DNA from: a virus | Length of the DNA: 64,000 nt | IMG/VR virus record: IMGVR_UViG_3300027815_000003 | Coordinates: 64,001-128,000 of that record | Direction: 5' to 3' (one strand) | Shown: one piece after another, positions 56,511 through 64,000 of the stretch | Numbering within the stretch: the stretch's first letter is position 1 | Layout of the letters: each line of letters begins with the position of its first letter | Notes under the pieces: model-generated | Told to the model about the DNA's origin: nothing | Database searches by the model: none | What the model saw: the letters and a program-made list of their open reading frames with translations, nothing else | Position numbers and translations under genes: made by a program

Positions 56511-57594
56511 ATATTCTTACTGAAATAGCTGATAAGTTTGTTCCTGCGGGCACTTCATTTAGGGAATTCCCCATATTAGACGCACCCATTAATATCCAGG
56601 GGATACTTACAGTGGCAAGATTTGTTGTTTGGGCAGCAGTCACAGTATTAGTAGATGGACTCCATATAGCTAGTGTGCCATTTGTTGCAGTTCTAGAAGG
56701 CCCACCAAAAGGAATGTCTCTGTTGGTTGCATCAGCTTCTTCCCCGACCAAATGTGTCCCAAGTCCAGGGACAACTAGAGCATTATAGTTACCAGTACCA
56801 GTAAAATTATATGGTTCAAAATCACTTGAAATATCTGTGTCATCTAGAAACATACTTGGATCTGTAAGATAAGAATATGGGATATACGTTACGAGTAATG
56901 CATTTCCATCATCATCTGCATGTGTATCAATAGATGTATTTCCACTATCATTTATATCTATAGATGCTTGATGTGTTGCGGCAGGAGCTTCCCCAGAGGG
57001 AACAATAACATCTATTACTCCATCTGTAGAGTCATAAACATACTGTACCATAGCTGCTCTTGCAGCTAGATTTACTTTAGAGGCTGAAGCTACAACACTT
57101 TCATTTACGGTTGGAGTATCAAATAATGTCCCGCGTTTTCTGGGGAAATATGTTACTAAAGCTGTTGTTACGGCATCGGCAGCAGCAAATGTTACCGCAC
57201 CAGTTGTAAAATTAACAGCAACTTGACCCGCGATAGGTGTTACTGTAGATGGGACAACATGAAGGCCCACAGTAGTATTTCTTGTTACCGCAACTACATA
57301 TGCGGGGATATTTGCTAATGCCCCGACGTTAGTTGTAACAGTTACAGACTCTTCAACAATTAATGCAGGTGTACTTCTTTCTGCTTTTAATAAATGATTA
57401 GTGTAATCATATGAAAATTCATAACCATTGGTTGTGCTTCTAGCCTTTAATTCAATTATTGAATCCCAACCTAAATCAGCAGCAGTTAATGATTCTCCGC
57501 CAGTGGGATAAGAAGAATCAAAAGTAACATCCATTACTCTGTATCTCAAATCCCCAGCTACTCCAGTTTTTATGTCACTTAGCGTTAAAGCCAT
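56494..57594 (-). CDS. Capsid decoration paralog 3 with about 270-aa insertion
   Basis: FDSSYPTGGESLTAADLG...EVPAGTNLSAISVRIFVLG. Confidence 0.7.
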   Translation of the reverse strand: MALTLSDIKTGVAGDLRYRVMDVTFDSSYPTGGESLTAADLGWDSIIELKARSTTNGYEFSYDYTNHLLKAERSTPALIVEESVTVTTNVGALANIPAYVVAVTRNTTVGLHVVPSTVTPIAGQVAVNFTTGAVTFAAADAVTTALVTYFPRKRGTLFDTPTVNESVVASASKVNLAARAAMVQYVYDSTDGVIDVIVPSGEAPAATHQASIDINDSGNTSIDTHADDDGNALLVTYIPYSYLTDPSMFLDDTDISSDFEPYNFTGTGNYNALVVPGLGTHLVGEEADATNRDIPFGGPSRTATNGTLAIWSPSTNTVTAAQTTNLATVSIPWILMGASNMGNSLNEVPAGTNLSAISVRIFVLGW

Positions 57595-57617
57595 TTTTAT
57601 TTCTCCTTATTATTTAT

Positions 57618-57932
57618 TTAATACCCAATTGCAAAAAATTCAACAGAAGTTGCGACAGTGGATATATTTTGTCCAGTTGCGACAAATGATAAAACAACAT
57701 TATTTCCAGAACCAGTTCTGTAAGCTAATATTGTTTGTGCCGCTCTATCCCAATGGAAAACAATCCCACCCTGCTCTTCAATACTTATAAATGAAATATG
57801 ATCCCACCCAAAATCAGAAGCAGCTACTGGTTCCCCAGCAGTTAACCAACTAGAGTCTGCAAGAAAATGTCCAAAAACATATCTCACATCATCTAATACC
57901 CCTTCTCTTTCTTTTGTAATAGTTATAGGCAA
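57618..57932 (-). CDS. Capsid decoration paralog 2 (TTG start)
   Basis: ADSSWLTAGEPVAASDFG...VATSVEFFAIG. Confidence 0.7.
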   Translation of the reverse strand: MPITITKEREGVLDDVRYVFGHFLADSSWLTAGEPVAASDFGWDHISFISIEEQGGIVFHWDRAAQTILAYRTGSGNNVVLSFVATGQNISTVATSVEFFAIGY

Positions 57933-57947
57933 AGTATTTCTCCTTTA

Positions 57948-58262
57948 TTAATGACCTATGGCAAAGAACTCAACACTTGTCGCAACAGAAGAAATATCCT
58001 GTGCATCAACTATAACTGATAAAACAGCATTATCTGCAGAGCCAGTTCTGTACCCTAAAACAGTAGAAGCCGTTCTACTCCAGTGGAAAATAATTCCACC
58101 TTGTTCTTCTATATTTATAAATAAAATTCTATCAAGTCCTAAATCAGCAGCAGTTAATGATTCCCCAACGGTTAACCAGCTATTATCTGCTAAAAATCTA
58201 CCTTGAATATATTGTAAATCACCAATAATTCCCCTTTTTTCTATGGTTAAAGTTAATGCCAA
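57948..58262 (-). CDS. Capsid decoration paralog 1 (TTG start)
   Basis: ADNSWLTVGESLTAADLG...VATSVEFFAIG; directly after MCP. Confidence 0.7.
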   Translation of the reverse strand: MALTLTIEKRGIIGDLQYIQGRFLADNSWLTVGESLTAADLGLDRILFINIEEQGGIIFHWSRTASTVLGYRTGSADNAVLSVIVDAQDISSVATSVEFFAIGH

Positions 58263-58286
58263 AGTATTCTCCTTTATTTTATTTCT

Positions 58287-58327
58287 TCAAAAGCCGCTAG
58301 TAGCTTTTTGGGTAACTACTAGCGGCT
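58287..58327 (-). terminator. Intrinsic terminator after MCP
   Basis: 12-bp perfect stem AGCCGCTAGTAG/CTACTAGCGGCT followed by a short U-run. Confidence 0.75.
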
Positions 58328-58355
58328 ACATTTCCTAACCTATATATTTTGTTTT

Positions 58356-59723
58356 TTATGACAAATCTATAATTTTTGCTTGTCTGTTGGGGGAATAGCA
58401 GCGTAATTCTCCCATAGTATAAAATAAACCACGTACCACTAAAGCATTAGCTGCAAAGTAGTCTCTATTTTCGTAGAATTGTGTGGGTTGTGCTATTGCA
58501 ACTTCTAGATAATCAGTATCAAGAACATAAACATTAGAACCTAATACTGTATCATCACTAGCAACGCTATGTGCAACATCTGTATCGGGAAGAACTGGGA
58601 TACCCTGATAAGTGGCAACCACTAATCCAGTAGCAGTACCTTCAAATGTTTTCTCACTACCGACACCAACTTGTATGAATTTTTCTCCGAAATATCTCTG
58701 TTGTGTGTTAAGTAATCTTTCTAATCTGTAGTATTGATCATGTCCCAAAAGGATTAGTTTTGGTTCCCCACCATTGATACGTATATTTTGTATAGCTGTA
58801 TCAATTAAGTTTAAGGATAAATCACGTCCGACACCAGCATTAGCTTGTACGGAAGCAGCAGCATTCCAATCACCAGCAGCAGCCCGTCCACCAAAAGTAT
58901 AATCATAAGCGCGGATACCACCATTACCAGCAAAGTTTGCATTTGCACTTCCACCACCATATCTTACTCCATCAAATGTTACGATATCATCTATGGAAGT
59001 AAAACCAGCACGACTATAAATAGCTGCAATATCTGTATTGGCGAAAGTTGTTGAACTTGCTACAGTTACTATACCTGTAGATGTATCTACACCAGAAACC
59101 GCTGATCCTGTGGTTCTTATCCAATCTGTTGCAGAATCATCCCATTGTGACACAGTATCACCAATTTTAAAATGATGTGCTATGGAAGCTGGAACTGTAA
59201 AGGTGGTAGCTGCACCATTAGAACATAAATAAGCACCACCAGCAAGTAATTCTTCATTTACTTCTTTAATATGGTCTAATTGTGAGTTCTCCATTTCCAT
59301 TGCAAGAACATCACCAGCACCACCTTCTAATCCAGCAGTGAACATAGATTTCACGCTTACGCCAAAGCTAGTTCCGACTATTCTTGGCAAACTAGAAACT
59401 GTTTGTATATTACTTACATCAATAGTAGGTAATGCTCCAGTTTCAGCTATTGGGCGAGAACGGTTAGAACCTCTATCGGTTCTTACACGCCAACCAACTG
59501 TATTTCCCCAGGTTGAACGTTGTAGAGCATTAAAGAAACGGACTTGGTTATTTAATGCTTGCCAAATTTTTCTTCCAAAAGTGGAAGTGAAAATATTTGT
59601 GCTAGTGTCAACCGTAAAATAGCTCTGTTTCATTAAATATTCAGGGCCTAATACGCTATTAGCATTAGCTCCTCTACGGGCTTGTTGAATAAATTCAACT
59701 AAACTTGGATTTGTTGCAGACAT
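58356..59723 (-). CDS. Major capsid protein (HK97-like fold)
   Basis: After scaffold, before decoration genes; LSLNLIDTAI, GEPKLILLG, YQGIPV, VYVLDTDYL. Confidence 0.85.
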   Translation of the reverse strand: MSATNPSLVEFIQQARRGANANSVLGPEYLMKQSYFTVDTSTNIFTSTFGRKIWQALNNQVRFFNALQRSTWGNTVGWRVRTDRGSNRSRPIAETGALPTIDVSNIQTVSSLPRIVGTSFGVSVKSMFTAGLEGGAGDVLAMEMENSQLDHIKEVNEELLAGGAYLCSNGAATTFTVPASIAHHFKIGDTVSQWDDSATDWIRTTGSAVSGVDTSTGIVTVASSTTFANTDIAAIYSRAGFTSIDDIVTFDGVRYGGGSANANFAGNGGIRAYDYTFGGRAAAGDWNAAASVQANAGVGRDLSLNLIDTAIQNIRINGGEPKLILLGHDQYYRLERLLNTQQRYFGEKFIQVGVGSEKTFEGTATGLVVATYQGIPVLPDTDVAHSVASDDTVLGSNVYVLDTDYLEVAIAQPTQFYENRDYFAANALVVRGLFYTMGELRCYSPNRQAKIIDLS

Positions 59724-59752
59724 TTGTTATTTCTCCTTTTTATATATAACTA
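59724..59752 (-). repeat. Leader repeat upstream of MCP
   Basis: TAGTTATATATAAAAAGGAGAAATAACAA; also at 60637..60666 (one extra A). Confidence 0.9.
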
Positions 59753-59765
59753 ATTTTTTAAGAAA

Positions 59766-60635
59766 TTAGCGTTTATTAAGCCCTTTAGATTCGGCCCAAA
59801 GCGTAGTTAAATCACGTAATGAAGCATTTTTAATCATTTCATCAGTAATTCCATCGGTAGGGGTATTTTCGCTTTTTACAATTGGTGTTACTTCTGTTTT
59901 ACCGTCAGTAGGGATACCTAAAGAAAGTGATGTTAATTTTGGCCCAGCTAATCCTTTTTCTTCTCTAATACCAGATTTCTTTAGTAATTCTTCAAATCTA
60001 CCTATTTTTTTATCTGTAGATTTTTGTACATTGACTAATTTTTCGTCTAATAGTCTAGAAATCATAGCTTCAAGAGAAGCCATATCTAATGGTTGAGCCT
60101 GCCCTTCTGTTTCTTCTACAGGATATTCTTCTACTTTCTCCATTACTGGAGTCATAGGAGGAACAACTGGCTCTTCGTGAGGAACACCTTCATGCATCGC
60201 TTGAATTGGTTTTTGTACTTCAGAAGTCGCAGTCCGCAATTTTGCGGGAACTTCTATATCTTCTTGAACGGTACGTTTACTTGCGGGCCATTTATCATTT
60301 TGAGGAATTGATACATCACCACCATCAACCTTGTGAGAAGTCTTCCCATCCACATCCATTCCTTGAAATGCTTTAGTTACTGCTTCGGTTACATTTTTAG
60401 TAATAGATTCTGTCATGCTTTTAGTAACAGCATCCCAGCGAGAGGCTTCGTCCATGCGAGATTTTTCTAATTTTTCCTCTTCCTCTTTCTTTTTACGAGC
60501 CTCTTCTTCGGCTGTATAACGACTTTCTTGTTTTTGCATTACGCCATAAACATTTTGTAATGCCTCTAATGTTGCTTCAGATTTAGCATCATTTTTTTTG
60601 ATATATTCCATTAATGTTTGTTCATCAAGTGCCAT
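59766..60635 (-). CDS. Capsid scaffolding protein
   Basis: Coiled-coil, E/K/P-rich, directly upstream of MCP. Confidence 0.7.
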   Translation of the reverse strand: MALDEQTLMEYIKKNDAKSEATLEALQNVYGVMQKQESRYTAEEEARKKKEEEEKLEKSRMDEASRWDAVTKSMTESITKNVTEAVTKAFQGMDVDGKTSHKVDGGDVSIPQNDKWPASKRTVQEDIEVPAKLRTATSEVQKPIQAMHEGVPHEEPVVPPMTPVMEKVEEYPVEETEGQAQPLDMASLEAMISRLLDEKLVNVQKSTDKKIGRFEELLKKSGIREEKGLAGPKLTSLSLGIPTDGKTEVTPIVKSENTPTDGITDEMIKNASLRDLTTLWAESKGLNKR

Positions 60636-60636
60636 T

Positions 60637-60666
60637 TTGTTATTTCTCCTTTTTTATATATAACTA
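60637..60666 (-). repeat. Leader repeat upstream of scaffold
   Basis: Near-identical to 59724..59752. Confidence 0.9.
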
Positions 60667-60731
60667 TAAACGGTTAAAAGTTTTTGATTTTTTCTTAGTT
60701 TTTCTTTATTCTATTTTTCTCCTTTTGAGAC

Positions 60732-60767
60732 AAAAATAAAAGACTAAGGCAAACGCCCTAATCTTTT
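60732..60767 (-). terminator. Intrinsic terminator upstream of structural operon
   Basis: AAAAGATTAGGGC-GTTT-GCCTTAGTCTTTT-ATTTTT; fully paired only on minus strand (two G-U). Confidence 0.8.
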
Positions 60768-60789
60768 CTTTACTTTTTACTATAACTGT

Positions 60790-60818
60790 ATTATATCACA
60801 TTTTTTATAAACGTGCAA
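60790..60818 (-). promoter_or_regulatory. sigma70/sigmaA promoter
   Basis: TTGCAC-17-TATAAT with TGTG. Confidence 0.75.
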
Positions 60819-60830
60819 TTTTTAGACACT

Positions 60831-60869
60831 ATAATTCGTATCTGGAAAACGAATTATAAACGAGTTTTT
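60831..60869. repeat. 39-bp hairpin-containing repeat, copy B
   Basis: 38/39 identical to 30004..30042. Confidence 0.95.
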
Positions 60870-61237
60870 TCAAAGTTATAAATTCTTCTTACTAAAACTT
60901 CAAATTCATCGGTTCCTTCTACAGTATTTTTATCAATTAATGGTGAATCAATATAAGATTTATAGCTTGTATTACCATTTTTAGTAAATGTAATTACGAA
61001 TACTTTATTTGGATGAGATGTATTGAATGCAATAGTAAGAGAATAAACACTATTTTTGGGTGTAAATCCGACTTCATTACAATTAATACAAGGCAAGGTT
61101 TCTGGTGCTAATCTATCCCCTCTTTGATTTAATTGATGAAAATGCCCAGCACCCTTGCAAGGGCCACAATAGTCTCTTATTATTTCATAATCTTTTATTT
61201 TAGCTATTTCCAATAACATTTGTTCTTTAGTTGGCAT
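60854..61237 (-). CDS. Hypothetical protein with CxxCxGxG/CxxC motifs
   Basis: CGPCKGAG...CINCNEVG; ends KTRL like RHH4. Confidence 0.6.
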   Translation of the reverse strand: MPTKEQMLLEIAKIKDYEIIRDYCGPCKGAGHFHQLNQRGDRLAPETLPCINCNEVGFTPKNSVYSLTIAFNTSHPNKVFVITFTKNGNTSYKSYIDSPLIDKNTVEGTDEFEVLVRRIYNFEKTRL

Positions 61238-61256
61238 TTTTTTCTCCTTATTTCTT

Positions 61257-61631
61257 TTAGGTATTAATTTCTAATAATTCTCTTAAGTTATTTTTAATAA
61301 TTAAGTCTTGTATAAATTTGTCTATAATATTTTTTAGTTCATCAGTTTTTACTGTTCTGGAATATTGAGATAAAAATAATATACAATTTGCCAAATCTGT
61401 TCTCATTGATTCTATTTTCTCTAATGAATATTCTTTTTCTTGTGAAATTGCCCAATTATAAAATAGTGCATCTAAAAGCTCTTCGTATTGATGTCTTACA
61501 GGTTCTCCTACAAAAGTTTTTCCATATTTTTTTATTCCAACCTCACGTCTTTCTATAAATTCTTTTGTTATATTATCTACAAATTCTTTTATATCTTTTT
61601 CGTCTATTTCACGCCAATTATTTATATTCAT
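61257..61631 (-). CDS. Possible all-alpha NTP pyrophosphatase-like protein
   Basis: RREVGIKKYG...YEELLDALFY. Confidence 0.5.
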   Translation of the reverse strand: MNINNWREIDEKDIKEFVDNITKEFIERREVGIKKYGKTFVGEPVRHQYEELLDALFYNWAISQEKEYSLEKIESMRTDLANCILFLSQYSRTVKTDELKNIIDKFIQDLIIKNNLRELLEINT

Positions 61632-62223
61632 ATTTTACGTTTTCATTTTTCTGAATAATTAATTGTGCTATTTTTCTTCCTTTTCTAAACTCAAAATAAT
61701 TTCCAACCATAGCGGTAACGTATAACATAATTTCCTGTTTACCGTAAATATATTTTGGAGAACCAACCATTATCGCTCCATTAGAAGCAACTTCATCATC
61801 TAAAGAAATAACTCCAAAATAACCATCTGGTATATCTATCATTATACCTGTTTTTGCTTGTGTTGTCAAACCATTATGTAATTCTATATCAGAAAGTAAA
61901 AATAAATCTAACCCTAATTTAGTTTCTTCTATTTTTGCATCTAGATTTAATCTTGTAATAGTAACTATATTTGATTTATTTCCCATTCGTAGGATCTCTG
62001 GAATTTGTATGGTATCTGGAATTATTTTAGTTAAATCATCTTCAAGTGTTGGTTTTGTCACCTGTACGATATTTGGATTTACGTCATTATTTAATAGATT
62101 ATTTATTAGTCCTGGGGCTATAATATTAACAATAACGTTATCTTGCTCTATAGATGTGTGTTTTTTATTTATATTATGACGTTCCAGACCATCATGTTCG
62201 TGCGTTGGGCTTCCTTTAGGCAT
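61618..62223 (-). CDS. Degenerate dUTPase paralog
   Basis: GLDLF and KIAQLI kept; motifs 2, 3 and 5 lost; about 85-aa N-extension. Confidence 0.65.
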   Translation of the reverse strand: MPKGSPTHEHDGLERHNINKKHTSIEQDNVIVNIIAPGLINNLLNNDVNPNIVQVTKPTLEDDLTKIIPDTIQIPEILRMGNKSNIVTITRLNLDAKIEETKLGLDLFLLSDIELHNGLTTQAKTGIMIDIPDGYFGVISLDDEVASNGAIMVGSPKYIYGKQEIMLYVTAMVGNYFEFRKGRKIAQLIIQKNENVKYEYK

Positions 62224-62680
62224 TTTTTACTCCTTCTTTCTTCTGTTCTATATATCCACCAGTAGATCCAAAACCTCCATTGCCCCTCTTTGTCTCTTGT
62301 AATTTATCTACTATTTTTATAGTAGAACTTATTTTGGGTGTTAATATCAGTTGTGCAATTTTTTCTCCCTTTTCAATCCTTTCTGTTACTAAAGAACTCC
62401 AATTCATTTTTATCGCTTGTATTAAAATTTCACCCGTATACGAGGGATCTACAGTCCCCTCAATAATGATTATTCCTTTCTTTTCCATAGAACTACTTCT
62501 CGGAACAATTCTAAAATAATAATCTGATGGTGGTGTTACATAAACACCAGTTCTAATTTTTACATAATGTAATCCATGTGTGAATTGTATTGGTTCATAG
62601 GCAAATAAATCCCATCCAACATCCTCCGTATTTTTTTCTGGTGCTTTTGCGCCGATATCTAATTTTAATTCAAATTCCAA
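62216..62680 (-). CDS. dut: Trimeric dUTPase (TTG start)
   Basis: GWDL, PRSS, GTVDPSYTGEI, KIAQLI, RGNGGFGSTG. Confidence 0.95.
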   Translation of the reverse strand: MEFELKLDIGAKAPEKNTEDVGWDLFAYEPIQFTHGLHYVKIRTGVYVTPPSDYYFRIVPRSSSMEKKGIIIIEGTVDPSYTGEILIQAIKMNWSSLVTERIEKGEKIAQLILTPKISSTIKIVDKLQETKRGNGGFGSTGGYIEQKKEGVKNA

Positions 62681-62860
62681 CTATTTTCCCCTTTCTTTTA
62701 ATTTTTGTTTTGCTTTTTCTGTAAGTTCTTCTTTAATTAATTCCCCTAAATTACATTTACAAATAATAAAACCAGAAGTAGTAACACAATCATGTTCTCC
62801 CCAATCTGCTATTTGTAAATAAATAAATCCAGTATCTTGACACTCATTACATTTAAACAT
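62681..62860 (-). CDS. 59-aa Zn-ribbon microprotein (not in track)
   Basis: MFKCNECQDTG...CKC. Confidence 0.55.
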   Translation of the reverse strand: MFKCNECQDTGFIYLQIADWGEHDCVTTSGFIICKCNLGELIKEELTEKAKQKLKERGK

Positions 62861-62862
62861 TT

Positions 62863-63300
62863 TTATAGTCCAGTTTCTATAATTTCACTTTTAGGTTTAT
62901 AAGGGAATGTTATATAAATACGACTATTTTTATTGGTATAAGTTCCACCATCTTTATCCCTAAAAATTTTGCCCTCTATATCATAAGGATTTAATCCATT
63001 TTCTTTGAAAACATGATAACATCTTTTGTTTTGAAAAACACCAGGCCCTATTTCATTCCATTCATTATCTTCCCCAGTAAGTGGAGTTAATGGCTCAAAC
63101 CTGGATAATTTTTCAAACAAAGAGACAGTCATAAAGGCAGAAGAGCCACTATGACATTCTTCAGAAAAAAGTCTAATTAATTTCATAACACTTTTACCTA
63201 ACTCACCATTATAATCTGAATCTTTTCTAAATAATCCCGCTGCTTCTAATTCTGATCTTGCATAATCTTCTAAATTACTCATTTTTATTTTCCTTTTCAT
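62863..63300 (-). CDS. Hypothetical phage protein
   Basis: ORF track; HSGSSA...PLTPLTGEDNEW...FQNKRC. Confidence 0.65.
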   Translation of the reverse strand: MKRKIKMSNLEDYARSELEAAGLFRKDSDYNGELGKSVMKLIRLFSEECHSGSSAFMTVSLFEKLSRFEPLTPLTGEDNEWNEIGPGVFQNKRCYHVFKENGLNPYDIEGKIFRDKDGGTYTNKNSRIYITFPYKPKSEIIETGL

Positions 63301-63337
63301 AATTACATACTTGACATTCTTTAATAAATTTTTTATG

Positions 63338-63389
63338 CCCCAAAGAAAAATGATGATATTTTAATAACATTGTTTCATGTTCTTTGGGG
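63338..63389. other. Long intergenic hairpin
   Basis: CCCCAAAGAA/TTCTTTGGGG 10-bp outer stem with imperfect inner stem. Confidence 0.6.
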
Positions 63390-63411
63390 ATTTTACCGCA
63401 TAAACAAATAT

Positions 63412-63990
63412 TTAATGCCAATCTTCTGTGTCCTTTAAAAATTCTCGTACTCTTTTATACCATTCTGGCATCCAAAGTTTCATTTCATCTAATGTAAAGT
63501 CAAGTTTCGCTGAATTAGCTCTAAAAGAACAAAATACTATATTCCCCTTTATATATCCTTTCTCTGGTATGATTTTATCTATTGTTATTCCGTCTTTTCT
63601 ATTATGGCCTTTACCATAATATATATTCATATCTATGTCTGTGTAGAAGCATTTCCCGTTTTGTTTATTATATTGTAATAATAAATCTTCTAAAGTTAAA
63701 TTGAAAGGTATATTTTTATTTTTACTTCTTCCTTTTATATTATATAGTCTAAAAAGCATATTTTTTTCTAAACTTTTATTTTTTCTGATATTTTGTATAT
63801 TAGTTTCACAAATATTGCAAATAGCTATAATATATCCTGTTGTTTTATTTAACTTAAAATTATTTAATGTTTTTAATAAATTACATTTTATACATTTTAC
63901 TTTCCCATTTATTATTTTTACTTCAAAAGTTTCAAATCTACTTTTTAATCCAGCATCCTTTAGTCTCCCATATATTGTTGAATATACCAT
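63412..63990 (-). CDS. HNH-type endonuclease
   Basis: CFYT...TIDKIIPEKGYIKGNIVFCSFRAN..K. Confidence 0.75.
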   Translation of the reverse strand: MVYSTIYGRLKDAGLKSRFETFEVKIINGKVKCIKCNLLKTLNNFKLNKTTGYIIAICNICETNIQNIRKNKSLEKNMLFRLYNIKGRSKNKNIPFNLTLEDLLLQYNKQNGKCFYTDIDMNIYYGKGHNRKDGITIDKIIPEKGYIKGNIVFCSFRANSAKLDFTLDEMKLWMPEWYKRVREFLKDTEDWH

Positions 63991-64000
63991 ATCATATTTA

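Noticed and set aside
63311-63339. Plus-strand promoter with perfect TTGACA
   Set aside because: The 17-nt-spaced -10 is TATGCC (poor), and there is no credible downstream gene
960-63619. All plus-strand ORFs in the track
   Set aside because: Short antisense shadows of motif-bearing minus-strand genes; no recognisable motifs

Overview
64-kb segment of a large, AT-rich tailed bacteriophage (Caudoviricetes). It is probably siphovirus-like: tail tube, G/GT chaperone, tape measure and Dit are present and no sheath is seen. Every credible gene is on the minus strand. In transcription order (right to left) the window holds: dUTPase region; scaffold and major capsid; three decoration paralogs; fibres/tailspike and holin; head-tail and tail genes; GroES, ThyX and a MazG-like gene; SNF2 and two DNA methyltransferases; replisome (helicase, primase, SSB-like, DnaE, RecA, nucleases); terminase (with intein); class II ribonucleotide reductase (with intein, cut by the window edge). 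Portal and protease were not found in the window. Near-consensus sigma70/sigmaA promoters and AGGAG RBSs point to a bacterial host. Top leads: (1) a DUF4326-like gene whose conserved C-terminal Cys codon is an in-frame UGA, followed 11 nt later by a SECIS-like hairpin, i.e. a candidate phage selenoprotein; (2) four copies of a two-gene cassette (about 50-aa ribbon-helix-helix protein, then a promoter inside an RBS-covering hairpin, then a Zn-finger-rich endonuclease with interchangeable catalytic domains), three of which split or duplicate their target genes; (3) two structured non-coding regions (about 270 and 450 nt) that I cannot assign. All family calls come from motif recognition by eye; no database searches were run.
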